64,000 bases of DNA, from contig NC_043008.1 of NCBI RefSeq assembly GCF_006345805.1, positions 68,014,001 through 68,078,000 on the forward strand, given 5' to 3'. Below are positions 63,869 through 64,000 of this stretch, one piece after another. Position 1 is the first letter of the stretch. Each line of letters begins with the position of its first letter. The notes below the pieces were generated by a model, which saw only the letters and a list, made by a program, of their open reading frames with translations, was not told the DNA's origin and ran no database searches. Origin of the DNA: Octopus sinensis (Eukaryota). A program made the position numbers and the translations under genes.

Positions 63869-64000
63869 CTTTTAAATAGTATCTCACTATTTCTGTGACT
63901 CTGAAGTATTTCAGTGATAATTTTTTATATATATTTATTAGCCTATTGAATTATTAATGAATTTATCAAAAGCATGGCAGTGAGGTGAAGATATTCATTT

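Overview
AT-rich, microsatellite-dense eukaryotic DNA whose repeat content (CORE-type and Meta/Sauria-type tRNA SINEs, RTE LINEs with (GAT)n tails, Dong/R4-like fragments, mariner/Tc1) is typical of an octopod cephalopod genome; the organism is inferred, not proven. Most of the window is decayed transposons, and most listed ORFs are microsatellite artefacts. One host gene is supported: a minus-strand spliced gene ending in a divergent profilin-like domain (exons 34023-34234 and 32264-32503), possibly preceded by an SH3-like segment, with its terminal coding segment tandemly amplified about 6 times into the 3' region. The most striking unannotated pattern is a set of about seven short elements with no evident mutual similarity, most embedded in (TA)n tracts. 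Each carries an intact or degenerate minimal type I hammerhead ribozyme, and most have an inverted copy of their own sequence on the 5' side, which is Penelope-like pLTR/retrozyme architecture. A decayed GIY-YIG Penelope-like element lies in the same window. Other points of note: a PHD-type finger inside an RTE reverse transcriptase, a twin-priming-like 5' inversion in a BovB-like RTE, Dong/R4 chimeras with a 545-bp non-autonomous partner, and several long fold-backs. Coordinates of decayed repeats are approximate and were read by eye.
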